A DNA stretch of 63,761 nt, the filler included, from Licmophora abbreviata (taxonomy: Eukaryota): the NCBI GenBank assembly GCA_900291995.1. It is 10 parts of 10 records of this genome, joined end to end, with 100 filler letters (N's around TTAATTAATTAA, not from the genome) between each part and the next. Parts side by side here need not be neighbours in the genome. Positions count along the whole stretch, not along the records: positions 22,891 to 28,593 come from OLMU01003241.1; positions 28,694 to 42,323 come from OLMU01003242.1; 8 more parts are not named here. One strand, 5' to 3'. Shown here piece by piece: positions 25,643 through 37,739 of this stretch. The position numbers were made by a program, and so were the translations under genes. The notes beneath the pieces were generated by a model. The model made no database searches, had not been told where the DNA came from, and saw only the letters and a list, made by a program, of their open reading frames with translations. Every line of letters begins with the position of its first letter. Within the stretch, counting starts at the first letter, position 1.

Positions 25643-26291
25643 CTATCTACCTTCCTCGACGCTCGTCGCCAAACGTCGTGCCTCGTTCCTTTGTTTTTGT
25701 TCTACCGCTGTCTTTCGTGCGATCTCTAGCTGCCTCTCCGACATACTAGATGTGACATAGTCGTAACGAGATGCATTCAGGCCGGTCGCGTTCACGAGAG
25801 GACTGCCCACGCGGTCGGTCGCCCTGACAATGGATGCCAGTGTCGCCACTAAACGGTGCCATATCTTTGTCCGCCCCGGTATGTCACAGTTTCCTGTCTC
25901 CCAGTAATAGGCTTTTGGAATAGGAATAACTTTTCGAACCGACCACTCTAAAAGATCCATTTTGGGATCATTCATGTCGACTCGCTCACACTGCATCTCA
26001 ATCGGCGTCTCATCGTAGAGCGAGCAATCTTCATTAGTTTCGGAAGCGATCTCGGCGCTTCCCGAGGATTGATGGCTGCTATCGAATGGTATTTCTTCTA
26101 TGACATCGCTGAAAATACATGAACGCAGCGATTCTTGCAGTCAGGGAGTGTAAAGGAAGTCTTGAGATCACACCCGCCGCGACGATCATCACTCACCATG
26201 GCTCGCTCTCCATTGCGGAACCTAAAGCAGCTGACATCAGATCAGTTTTGCCGTCGTCGGCTCTATTGCGCCTTCGCGTTATGGTAGCCAT
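25643..26291 (-). CDS. Hypothetical protein, 2 exons
   Basis: ATG at 26291. A GTGAGT...CAG intron at 26109-26196 joins in frame to the ORF ending at 25643 (IPIPKAYYW, GLNASRYDYV). Confidence 0.65.
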
Positions 26292-26767
26292 GAGTATATA
26301 TATGGTATATCAATGGCAATGCGCGCACAGGAGCAGCGGCAGAGCTACTGTGGTCTCCATCATTGTGGGTGGCGACGAGTTCTGTTGGCCGGGTTGATGT
26401 GTGCGACGGGACTGACTTCAAAAGACCAGTCGCGGCACGAACTAGATTTAGTCACACAAATTGGCGCGAGTCTGGAGCTATGAGTTCTGCTGAGACACGC
26501 CACGGTGCTTACCCATCTTATCCGATTGCAGTCGAAATACAGTGCACCCAGTTGAGACCGCAATAGCCATTAGGTTCCTTGCTATATCATCCTCGCAGGT
26601 CAATCTGTGCCGCAATCTCATTGCGTTTGTCGACCGTCAGTTTTCCCGCAAGGAGATCTCCGCAACGTGACGAAGCTCATCCGGACGCCTTGGAACCGCC
26701 CCCGAGAATCCCACACATGCAAGCGACTTTATAGAAATCTGCAGATGTTATTCCCAATTGTCCCGTT

Positions 26768-28381
26768 TCACATTCCGCGGAACAAGAAAAGATCGCCCTC
26801 CTCGGACCCAGCTATCAGCGCGGTCGTCGATTGGTTGAAAGCCATACAGTTCAGTCTTGATCTACAACCGTATTCATCCCTGCAGTCAGTCCCTAATCTG
26901 GCAAGCCGCCTCAGTCCGCTAGGTTGTTCGCGCTTTGATTCGTCGGTTTGAGCCTCATCACCATGCCTTCGTCTTTTCGTTCCAGAGGGCGCCTTCGCAT
27001 CGGGACCAGTCATATCATAAAAGTCGATGGCGACGGGTGTCGGGACTGTCGCGTCCAACGCAATGCTTGCCAGGAAGTCGTGTGATGGGGCGACCTGACT
27101 TTGCTGTACAGATTGAGTCCAAACAGACTGACGGCAGACGGTAGATCGCCTTCCTGGTTCGAGGATCTGGAATTCAATGGGCGCGTCGGGATCGCCCAGG
27201 TAAGATTGAAAGGCAACAGCAACAGTGCTGTTCTCTGCCTGAGAGCTCAGTAGACGAGCAGCATAATCCTGACTCCGCCCCGCGCCGATAGGACAGTGCC
27301 CATCCTCTGTAGGCGACATGTCATATGCCGGCATGTCTGGGAAGGACGGCAATATGTTCTCCACGGATGGTTGTCCGCTCACTAGGCGTCGAATGTCCCA
27401 TATCTTGATCTCATTCTTCACACCACCACTGTTGCCTTGCAACTCTACTTGAGCCGTCGCTACGGAATAGTCCGAGACAAAACAAGCAGATGTCACGTCC
27501 ACTCGAATAGGGTTTTGGTGATTTCGGTGAATGGCGCCTTTGGACTCGGCGTCGATGCACAACGCCGAACGTACCAAAGACGAAGTCGACTCGCGATGAT
27601 CTACAGCACGTAGAGTAAAACAATCTTTCTGATTGTCTACGTGTACCGCCAAAAGTCCAGACGCTGTCTCCCGGAAGTCCCATTGATACTCACTTACATC
27701 GAAGCGCGGCCCTGTCCTTGCACATGGGTTCTGTCGAACCTCGGGAGATTCGTCGATGTTCATCATCGAACTCTGACGAGGATACAAAAACATACTCGAA
27801 AGAGACTGTTCATGAGACCAATCTCGATGGTAGCATCGCCGTGGAGGATTGAAGCTACTCGCGTGCACCCTGGACGAAGACGACTTGCCATACTCGACGT
27901 CAAAGACACGAAACTCACCGGTTGGAAGGCCTATTGCGAATGAGCGGCCACCTGCTAAGCTCTGTAGTCGAGAAGAGAACATGTGCGTCGTCGCTGGGTT
28001 CACCTCAATCTTGCTCATGACTGACTGTCCAAGTGGTGGCATCGTATCATCGTCGTTCGGCGAGCAGTAGGTTGGCAGGCGCACAACATCGACTCGCCCT
28101 CGTCCATCTGCAGCGAGGACAACATCGTGGTCGTCGAGAAATGCTACTTGATTGTACTCGTACTCTTGCACGGAATGAAAGCTGGATTCGTAGAAATTCG
28201 CTGGTCTACTGCGGTAGACGGGGACTAGCCCATTCTCATTGTTCTGATAGAGTCTGTTTGCCGTGCCAACCATTCTTCGCCGTGCCATGCGCGTTCCGAC
28301 TTTTCGACGCGTCGAAGGCGATGCGAGATCTAGAAGACACACATGTCCTTCTTTGCCATCTCGATGCCACTGGCGATTCAT
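26768..28381 (-). CDS. Divergent WD40/beta-propeller-like protein
   Basis: Long single ORF (likely ATG 28381) with WD-like ends EIKIWDIRR and LNCMAFNQSTTALIAGSEEGDLFLF. Confidence 0.6.
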   Translation of the reverse strand: MNRQWHRDGKEGHVCLLDLASPSTRRKVGTRMARRRMVGTANRLYQNNENGLVPVYRSRPANFYESSFHSVQEYEYNQVAFLDDHDVVLAADGRGRVDVVRLPTYCSPNDDDTMPPLGQSVMSKIEVNPATTHMFSSRLQSLAGGRSFAIGLPTGEFRVFDVEYGKSSSSRVHASSFNPPRRCYHRDWSHEQSLSSMFLYPRQSSMMNIDESPEVRQNPCARTGPRFDVSEYQWDFRETASGLLAVHVDNQKDCFTLRAVDHRESTSSLVRSALCIDAESKGAIHRNHQNPIRVDVTSACFVSDYSVATAQVELQGNSGGVKNEIKIWDIRRLVSGQPSVENILPSFPDMPAYDMSPTEDGHCPIGAGRSQDYAARLLSSQAENSTVAVAFQSYLGDPDAPIEFQILEPGRRSTVCRQSVWTQSVQQSQVAPSHDFLASIALDATVPTPVAIDFYDMTGPDAKAPSGTKRRRHGDEAQTDESKREQPSGLRRLARLGTDCRDEYGCRSRLNCMAFNQSTTALIAGSEEGDLFLFRGM

Positions 28382-28747
28382 CGTCACAGATACGATGCGA
28401 TTCGATTTTACAGAGATGAGCCGCGACTGTGTCTTCCTAGTGGTTTGTGGTTTGTATATTGGTCCGCGCCAAAATCGTAAGTTCAGCAAAATGTCATAGT
28501 GACATTGCATACTTAGAGAGAAGACAACATTTCGACGACATCCATGGTGCACCTCCAACACAACACATTCACACGACGACGAAGACGACGGCGNNNNNNN
28601 NNNNNNNNNNNNNNNNNNNNNNNNNNNNNNNNNNNNNTTAATTAATTAANNNNNNNNNNNNNNNNNNNNNNNNNNNNNNNNNNNNNNNNNNNNGCACCTC
28701 CAACACAACACATTCACACGACGACGAAGACGACGGCGGCAACGACC

Positions 28748-30010
28748 ATGGCGCAACGACCGCCCCCCGAAGCGAAACCACTGCCATCCCCGCCCACCGA
28801 CGGGATATCAGCTCTTTCTTTTCTTCATGAAAGCACGTCTCGACTCGCAAGTTCTAGCTGGGACGGCAATTTGCGAATTCACGACGCCCATGAAATGGCT
28901 TTGCTCGTGTCGCACTCTATCGAGTCAGGGCCACTGCTTAGCTTGGCAGCCTCCGGAAATAACGCGGATGAAGTCTTTACAGGAGGTCTGGATGGGATAG
29001 GTATGTCCTTATTCGGATCCACGATATCTTCGCAGTCCTGGTACCCTCGAAACATTGTACCCCGTCTGACATGCGCTGTGCCGGCTGATGCCATTGGCTC
29101 CTCGTCTGATCTACACCATTGCGCTCACCAATCATTCTCTGTCTTAATGGCCAGTCCGAAAGTTTGACATTCCTTCTAGTACAGTTACGATGGTAGGATC
29201 GCACTCAGGATCGAAAAAGAATGCGTGTTCTTGCTTGTCGTCGGTCGATGATGGGATGCTGCTGGCATCGGCTGGATGGGACAGTCAGTTTCATCTCTGG
29301 GACGTTCGTGCCAGCAGCGTGAGTCCTGTCGCTACTGTCGAGCTTCCTGGAAAAGCCTTTAGTATGGACTTTGACGACAATCATCGTCGTGTGGTTGTCG
29401 CAACGGCAGGGCGACGAACCTGCTTTTTGGATATTCGAGGCGGAGAAACTAAGCTTGTCTCGGAACGAGAGTCGTCGCTCAAGTACCAAACACGCTGCAT
29501 TCGATTCTTTCCAAAAGGGGACGGCGTTGCCTTGGGGTCTATCGAAGGGCGTGTGGGGATTGAGTTTCTGGATGACTTGGGAGTTCAGTCCGGTGTGTAC
29601 AAGTGTTGATTGCGGCATTGTGATGACTATTCTTTTCTCTCACGACGTCGATCCAACGTTGCATGTGTCGTCTTCTTTGCGCAGCGATGAAGCCATATGC
29701 GTTCAAATGTCATCGAGTAGGTGATACGGTGTACCCTGTCAATTGCATTGCCTTTCATCCGAAATACGGCACCTTTGCGACAGGCGGATGCGACGGCACA
29801 ATTGTAATGTGGGACGGAGGAGCCAAGAAGAAGCTTACGTCTTTGCCCAAGTTTCCAACATCGGTAGCCGCCATGGCATTCAACCACGATGGATCACAGC
29901 TGGCAATTGCGTCAAGCTATACGTTTGAAGAAGGAGAACGAGATCATCCACGCGATGAAATCTACATCCGCGAGATGCTCGAGTCGGAATGCGCACCCAA
30001 GACAAAGTAG
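28748..30010 (+). CDS. BUB3: Mitotic checkpoint WD40 protein Bub3, 3 exons
   Basis: PPTDGISAL, RESSLKYQTRCI, GSIEGRV, YAFKCHR, VYPVNCIAFHPKYGTFATGGCDG, LAIASSYTFEEGE. Confidence 0.93.
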
Positions 30011-30206
30011 AAATCAATTGTGTGAACCGCCTGGCGTATCGCTGTCAGTCTGTAATTCCACATAGCAAACTACTTTGCCACCATCTATTTAAAACAAAGG
30101 AATCTGCCACTCGAGCGAGCAAAAACTTCCGTTCAGTCGCGGTCTATATATAGGTTTACACACGAAAAGCATGTTTCGTCAAATAATGACAATTCCGCTA
30201 TCTCTC

Positions 30207-30956
30207 TCACGTCTCGTACATTCCAAAGGTCCGCGAGAACTTGCGGCATGCCGACTCCCATGCTTCCTCCATCTTGGTCGACGCCAACGACTGCATCAAA
30301 GTCTCATTGCGCTGCTTTCGGATCTTTACAGATTCATTCCATGCACTGAGCACTTCAGTCTCACTGAAGCCCTTTTCGTGGAAGAGTATCTTTTCCCGTG
30401 TCTGATAGTTCATACGAAGCTGCCTTCGATTGCGTCTAGGTTCTCTTGCTCTTTCGTATTCTTCCAAGTCGTCAATCTTGTGATGAGACTTGTATTGCCA
30501 GTCGAGCTGAATGGGTGGTCCCGTGGAGGCGGAAGGGTGATCGCCTAGAGTGACATCGTACTCGCGAATTTCCAACCCACAAAAGGAGACGGAGCGACTA
30601 TCCACGCGTGGAGGACCTCTCTTGAGCGAAGACTTTGGCGGACTGACTGGATGCCGATGACAGGAGTAGTCGCCACAGCCCCACAGAGCTTCCCTGATCG
30701 TTTGATAAAGATCAGATCCCTCGGTCGAGTCAAGCACCACTGTACTTCCGTCGTCGCTGGCGACCGTCTCGATTGGAGCTCCTACGTGTGGGGAAACCTC
30801 AGGATGAGGGGCCTTTTCGGGCGCCACAATGATTTTTGATACCACAAGGGAGCCAGATGGCTTGGAAAATGTCTCGACTTCAATGCTGCCGAGTGCGTCG
30901 GCGTTTAGGTCTTCTACGACCATCAAGGGGCCGGTCACCATGTCCAGCGGAGGCAT
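30207..30956 (-). CDS. Hypothetical protein of an expanded diatom family
   Basis: Signature VSFCGLEIREYDVTLGDHPS...GPPIQLDWQY...LEEYE. Start codon uncertain. Confidence 0.7.
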   Translation of the reverse strand: MPPLDMVTGPLMVVEDLNADALGSIEVETFSKPSGSLVVSKIIVAPEKAPHPEVSPHVGAPIETVASDDGSTVVLDSTEGSDLYQTIREALWGCGDYSCHRHPVSPPKSSLKRGPPRVDSRSVSFCGLEIREYDVTLGDHPSASTGPPIQLDWQYKSHHKIDDLEEYERAREPRRNRRQLRMNYQTREKILFHEKGFSETEVLSAWNESVKIRKQRNETLMQSLASTKMEEAWESACRKFSRTFGMYET

Positions 30957-31593
30957 AGCAGCGCTGTTCTGTGTCTTTTCTTTCCTGCGAACTTCACAAT
31001 GCCCATCAAGCGAATGAAAACACCAACGGAACTCTTCTCGACGCTCTCTTGTGTGTGCTTCGATGGATGCAACACGGCAAACACACAAACAACGCAAGCG
31101 ACTTGTGCTCGTGGACTGTGCGGTGCGGGACATTCAACATGATTCGACAGTCTTGCTGAGGTCGAGTCTTGTACCGGTACCGGTGCTGACACCAATTTTA
31201 TTTTCCAAGATCCTCATGGTCCGATACTATACATTCAAATATCAAACTATGGTATCGTATACATATATTGGTTTCAAAATTGTGGCGGAGACGGACCGTT
31301 GAGCCACGTCATATCTCGTCATGGCTTTAAGTACGGACGAACATCTACATCTCACATGTCTGGCCTGTGTTCCGTGTTTTGTGAAAATAAAATGTGAAGC
31401 CATCATGATAACCATGATAACAAGGATGTTGTTTGAATCCTGATACTGTGATGGATTGTGTCGAGTTTGTTCCAATACCAGAAAGATATTGTAAGAATCA
31501 ACTGGATACGCAGCATATCACATAAAATCGGCATTCAAAAGTGGGTCAATTTGGGGCAAAGTTCAAAGTGAAGGCTTCACCCTTATTTCACTC

Positions 31594-34500
31594 ATGTCGG
31601 GATTTAGCAGTCAAGGAGGCTTCGGGGCGCCATCAACAAACCAGTTTTTCGGTTCTCAGACTCCCAATCAATCTCAGTTTGGAACGGCAGCGCCTGCGCC
31701 TGGATTTACTGGTGGGTTCGGAACGCCTGTCGCAAATGCCGGTGGAAATACCTTTGGCGCTGCATTCGGATCCGGTGGGACCCCCGCTGCCACTCCATTT
31801 GGCGCATCATCGACGATGGCAACTATGCAGGCATCAGCACCGCCGTTTGGTTCTTCAGGCTTTGGCGCTTCCCCCGCTGTGCCATTGGGTGCTCCCACTC
31901 CACCTCCAGCGTCTGCAGGATTTGGGCAGTCGCCTTTTGGAGCTGTGACTCAAACGCAAATGACTGGATTCGGAACAAACACAACACCTGCATCTGGATT
32001 TGGTTCGTCGCCATCTACATTTGGGGCTCCGTCAAGTGGATTCGGCTCGCAGCAACAACAAACGTCTCAGACAAATTCTCACTTTGGTGGCGATCCATCG
32101 ACAACACCCATGACGGCTCCGAATCCGTTCGGAGCTCCGTCATCGTCAATGGCACCGGCTCCCGCCATTTCGTTTGGAATGTCTTCCAACGTTGTACCAG
32201 CACCAGTGAGTTCTACTGGTGGCGCTGGAGCTCCGAGCGCCTCGCCATTTGGCGGGGTGTCTTCCTCTGGGTTTGAGGCATCGTCGACGACAACTGGCTT
32301 TCCTAGCAGCACTTCGGGGTTTGGAGCGACGGCACCCTCGATGGGGTCCGGATTTGCTTCTTCGGGGCCATTTGGGGCTGTCAGCACCATTACTCAAGTA
32401 GGAAATGATGATATGATGGGAGACGAGGGCAACACTTCGGCCATTTCTACCCCCGTTTCCGCTCCATTCTCTGCTCCGACTGGCGTTCCATTTGGCGCAA
32501 CGACAACAGGAACATCCCAATGGCCGCCTATTTCGAATCAGTCATTGCGTCCTGTGCCAGAGTCATTAGCTATGGGAGACTCGTCTATGTCACCGACGCC
32601 CGCTAGTGGAGATGGTGCCAAAAAGGAAGAGGACGACAAGAAATTAGCCAAGTTGAAGGCCCGCATTGAAGCAAAGAAAAAGAAGCTCGAAGAGAAACGT
32701 CGTGTCGAAGGTGCAAGTGCAGGCCCAAATGTACCGTCGACATCGGCATCGTCTGCCAAGCTTAATCCCACTGCCCAGTCGTTCGCGCCATCTTCTCCGG
32801 CGCCGTTGTCTTCGGAGCGGTCGTCTTCTTTGGCAGAACGAAACGCTGAGCGTTTTGCTGCAAGCAAGACAACCAAGGCGACTGTCGCCTACCTCCCGGA
32901 CGACCTCAAACAACGCTCTGCTGGGGATCTTGCTAGTGCGTACAAAGGGAGAGACGGCGACGCATCCCATGACCTTAGCTCGGCGGTATCGCTTGTCGGC
33001 GTATGTCCTCACATGTGCCCAGACGACGAACTGTTGCGACGCGAACGAGAGGGAGATATTCAACTGTTGGAGACACCTCAGCCTGGAAAGCTTCATCCCC
33101 AAGATTGGACATTGCGCAATACTGCTGTCAAACGCTTTCGTAGGTCAGCAGCCGACTACAAACTTGACGTCCCAGAATGGGTTCGTCCGCCAGACGTTCT
33201 CGAGAACGTGTGTGGCTACTTGGAGGAGTGGGTAATGGTACGTGCCCGCAGCTCCAGTCGATCTTTTACTGGCGGTCATCCCAGAACTCACTTTGTATGA
33301 TTGTCATTTTGCAGGAACGCGATCGTCAAGGTCCAGATCCGCGGTTTCTTCAGTCCGGATGTCCCCCGTCACTGGACGTGTATCAGTTCATTTGGGATAG
33401 GACTCGAATGGTCCGAAAGGACTTTATCTTACAGAACTACGTAGGCACAGGAGGAAATTGCGATGCACGGGCCGTGCGTTGTCATGAGCGGATTGCTCGC
33501 TGGCATACCATGTGCGAACACCAACTAAGCCACATCGCCGACTTTGTCACCATGCAGAGCCAACAAAATATTCAAGAGCTTGGGCAGACTATGAAGACAT
33601 TAAACCAGTATTACGACGACTCGCTTGGGCGGTCCGTAGTTGAAATCCCTGATGACAATGGGAATGAGACAGTTAAGAGCTGGACAAACCGACGACATGG
33701 TTGTTGCTCAGATCACATCATGGGTCAGAACCCTGTTGATTTTGACGGTACAGCTCTTCGCAATGATCCTGGAGCAGGATCGCAACGACTTATCGGGGCA
33801 TGTCCTGACTCTCCGACGCATGGAACTGCTGAGCCCGAAATGCGAGGTCTGTACATTCTTCTTACGATCAACAACGAAGGCGGGATGGAGGTGCTCAGAT
33901 ACGCCGCGTACTTGTTTCGCGAACGCCCCGACGTCTACCACTCGTCTCCAGTGCAACTTGCACTCCGCATCTACAAAGCAAAAAAGGAATACAACTATTC
34001 TCGCTTCTTTTCGATCCTTCGCTCTGAGTCAACACCGTACCTTTTCGCGTGTATCATGTTCAAACACGTGGAGCAGATGCGGAAGATAGCGTTTCGAATC
34101 ATGTCGAAGACATATGGGGCGCGTCGAAAGGATACAGGCGAAGCCGTCTATGACTCGTATCCACTGAAACATCTCGTTCGGCTTCTGTGTTTTGAAGATC
34201 GAGACGAGGCACGGGCAGCATGTCGCCATTTCAATATCACAGTAAAGGAGATGGAAGTCGCTTCTTCTTCATCCCCGTCAAAGAAAGCGATAGTCGAGGC
34301 TGTTTTCTGGAGGCAATCAGACTTCAAAGAGCCCAAGGATCCGGAAAAGGGATTTGTTCTGCCATTACGACCCAAGAAAATGATTCGGATCATTGAAAGC
34401 AAGCTGAATGGGACCACGCGCCTTGGAGTATGTCGAGGCCAAGTCAGTGGTGAAGGTGCAGCATTGACCAAGCCTGTCACCACAAAGCAACAGGTCATTC

Positions 34501-37019
34501 CGTTAACCACAGAAGAAGAGGCGGAACGGATGCGATTAGCTGAGGTGGTCCGCGCAGCCGCCAAGAAGGCAGACGAAGAACAACTGAGGCAGCGAACTGA
34601 GGAAGATGCGAAGCGTCGAATGGCGGAAAAAAGACGTCAGCGAGCAGAGGAAAAACGCTTGGAAGAGGAGAATCGCCGACTCGCAGAGGCCGCGCGAGAG
34701 AAACTTGAAAAGGAGCAGTTCCTGGTCCAGGAGCTGAGAAAGAAGCAGGAAGCGGAGGACGCCCTTCGACAGGCCGAAGCAGAAAGGAAGAAGGAAGAAG
34801 AGATGGAGGCCGCCAGACGTGCTGCCGAGGTGGCGGTTGTACAAGAGAAGCGCCGTCAGCTGCAGGAGGAGAAACTTCGTGCCGCTGAGGTCGAGGCCGC
34901 GAGAAGAAAGGCTGAACTGGACGAGCTGGAGAGAAAGCGACAGGAAGAAGTGAAACGACTGGCCGCGGAGAAGGAGCGAGTTCGGCTGGAGGATTTAGGA
35001 CGAAAAAGGAAGGCAGCAGAACGCGAACGCCTGCGTCAGCTAGAGATCAAACGGCAGCTTGAGGAGCAAGAGCGGCAGAGGCAAGCGACAGAGGCACGAG
35101 AGCTTGCGCTTGCCTGGGAGCAAAAAATCAATAGAGCACGAAAAGCCTTGCTATGGAAGAGAATTCGCTTCAAGATGGAAAGCCGCCTTCAATTTGAGAA
35201 GAGCCGAACTATTATCGGGTCTATCGATCCTACTTTTTCCGATGGACCACGCACTTCTTCCCGTCTGGTTCAAGACGATGTGTACGTCAGTGATAGCGAC
35301 GTATCGTTGCTCGTTAGTCGGGAATTGTCAACGGAGCGAGAGCCTCATAGTCTGGCAGTTATTGGGAAGATCGCGAGAAAGAAGAAAAGCCCATTTGACT
35401 TGTCGAGAATGTTGGTAGATGCTTTCTCATCAGCTGGAACTTCGTCGCGCTCGCGCATGGTTCTCGTCAAGCTTGCAGTTGTATTGCCCGATTTCCGAGG
35501 TTCGGAGGCTGACTGCACACAGGAGCTAGTTCACTCCTGGATCGGACGAAGACTGCAATACGGTTTGCTGGAAACCTCTCCTGGCTCCTCGCTAGACTGT
35601 ACCCGCACGTTCAGCGTAGATGTGCTTGCTCTTCGTCACGGCCGCGCGGCTTACAGCGATTATGACGCCGCACTCTTGGTTGTTCCGCCGTACTTTGGTG
35701 CCCAGTTCGCAGAGGTCAACTTTCCTCCTTCCGAGTTGCCGATTCCACGGGTTGTGCTAGACATGGATGATGGTTCGAACGTGGCATACTCCGTATCTGT
35801 TCGCGATGCTATTGAACAGTTGAGAGGCGTTGCGGTCATAAGCGTTGGTGGGAACCGGGACGATACAGACTATGACGAAGCCCTCTGGGAATCGTGCTCA
35901 GCGCTGATGGAAGAAATGGTTCAAGCAGACTCCGTTCTTCGAACTCGATCCAATATGGTCCGAATGCCCCTGTTCCAGCTTGCTGTCCGCTGCATCCGGG
36001 CTTCTCTATGGAGTGATTTGTTTGTCGAAGATGCCAGCGAAGAAGATCAGGTCGTTCATCGCACCCATGCTACGCTTGAGGCAATGACTAGCAATCTTCA
36101 GTTGCTTGCGGACGAATACGAATCCAACGCCCAGTGGCAATGGCCCTCGTTAGATTTCGCTGACGAAACCGGAACGGCAGTGCAGAATTTTTTCGGTCGA
36201 GGCGTTGACCTACCCCTCAGTTGGAAGGAAAGTCTTCGTCGGGAACAGGTGGCGCCGCAACTGAAACTACAGTTTAAGGCGCTTCGGAACGCGTCTTTCG
36301 TTGCCATCGTAGAGGCGCTCCTTGACGGAGCTCCACCTGCATTGCGAGAGAATTGTCACAAGATGCTATCACAACGGCAGGCTCGGCGATGTCTAGAATC
36401 CTTGTTGCTGTGGAGAGAGACAAAAATTTCCTCGTCAGAGTCGCAGCCCGTCCTATACCTTCCAGCGGGTGCAGCCGAAGACCTTGTTGCTCGCCTATCA
36501 AAGGCAATACCTCGTGACAATCCCTATACACGCTTCGAACTGCGCCGTAACCCTGATTCATGGGAAGCTTACCCTCTGACGAAAACACCGAAGCGAGAAG
36601 GAAAGCAACCTGAAGGAGACGAGACGAATGATGCGACGTCCCTGTCCGGCACCGAGAGATGGGGCGAAAGCGCATGGACCCCATCATCTACTGTGGGTGT
36701 CCAGACTCCTCAAAGCTTGGTGATTCCCCCAGCGGACACTCCGCAAATACATGTTCCGAGAACCTCGGCTTCGATGAAACGAACTAGATTGGATATGGGG
36801 GAAGAGAGTCCTGTCGACTCGAAACGACAGCGCGATACCAGCATCTTGTCGAGAAACGAGAACGACAGCAATGTGTTTACGAAGAAACTTGAGTCTCTTC
36901 TTCATGGTGTCAACACGTTTAACTTCAAGGTCGGCGACTCTAGTCTGACAGAGCTGCTACAAGATGCGCCCAGCATTGAGCTTCCGGGACGCCTGAGTTC
37001 GCCCAGCACCAGGAGCTAG
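31594..37019 (+). CDS. SAC3: SAC3/GANP (TREX-2) mRNA-export scaffold with N-terminal FG repeats, 2 exons
   Basis: FG-rich N-terminus, GVCPHMCP, AVKRFRRSAA, VRPPDVL, FIWDRTRMVRKDFILQ, HERIARWH, EPEMRGLYIL, long coiled coil. Intron 33238-33314. Confidence 0.92.
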
Positions 37020-37098
37020 TTCAATACTCGCGCATGTCTTGCGATGAAGCGCCTAACCTTTAGTTGTACACAGCTAGCCTTAAAATACTCAAATCCCG

Positions 37099-37565
37099 CT
37101 ATCTATCGGAAGTTTTTGCCTTTTTGCAGGTATTGGCTTTGCCAGTTGGCCTGTGGGCGGCAGCCTTTTCGTCCCTGATAATCTGTGTAAGGAAAGTGTC
37201 GGAGAACTTTTTGGCTTCGTCTACACACCCAATCATCAAGGCAATATCACCACCTTCTTTCGGCGGAGGCAAGGGGCCTTGATCATGCATTCCAGAGTAT
37301 GAATAATCCCCATTTTCGGGCTTTAGTCAAAGCGAGTACGAGTTGTTAGCAATACGAGTACTCGTACATTGAACATGTAAAGGATTCCTGTTCAAGATCA
37401 TGCAGTCGGCGTACAGACCTTGGTTGGCATCACTCCCTCTGCAAGGCCGATTCGAGCCACTTGGCAATTCGTGCCGTCGAATATTCTTGTTGCTTCTGTC
37501 ACAGAGGACTCCCCTGGTATATAGTAGGATGCCTTGACCGACACGGGGGGCCGCTTCGATGCCAT
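37099..37565 (-). CDS. Small 122-aa protein, candidate KEOPS subunit GON7, 2 exons
   Basis: Exon 37565-37419, intron 37321-37418 (GT...CTAAC...AAG) and exon 37320-37099 are in frame. Architecture resembles fungal Gon7. Confidence 0.55.
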
Positions 37566-37739
37566 TGTCACGGCTGTGTGGTGTTGTTGTGCTTGTTGTC
37601 GAGTTTTGTGCGCGCACGCTGTGATGTGTGGTTCGTGCGTCGCGAGTTGAGAGTGACGCATGTTGCTGTCGCGGCTGTCGCAAGCGATGGGTGTTGGCGT
37701 TGACGTGATGGTAGGCCGCCGCCGTCTCACCCGTGTAGG

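Noticed and set aside
28549..28738. 45-bp direct repeat as target-site duplication or LTR
   Set aside because: Sits exactly on both gap edges, so it is an unmerged contig overlap.
31594..32520. FG-repeat ORF as a stand-alone nucleoporin
   Set aside because: Continues in frame and by one splice into the SAC3/GANP domain; FG N-termini are known for GANP.
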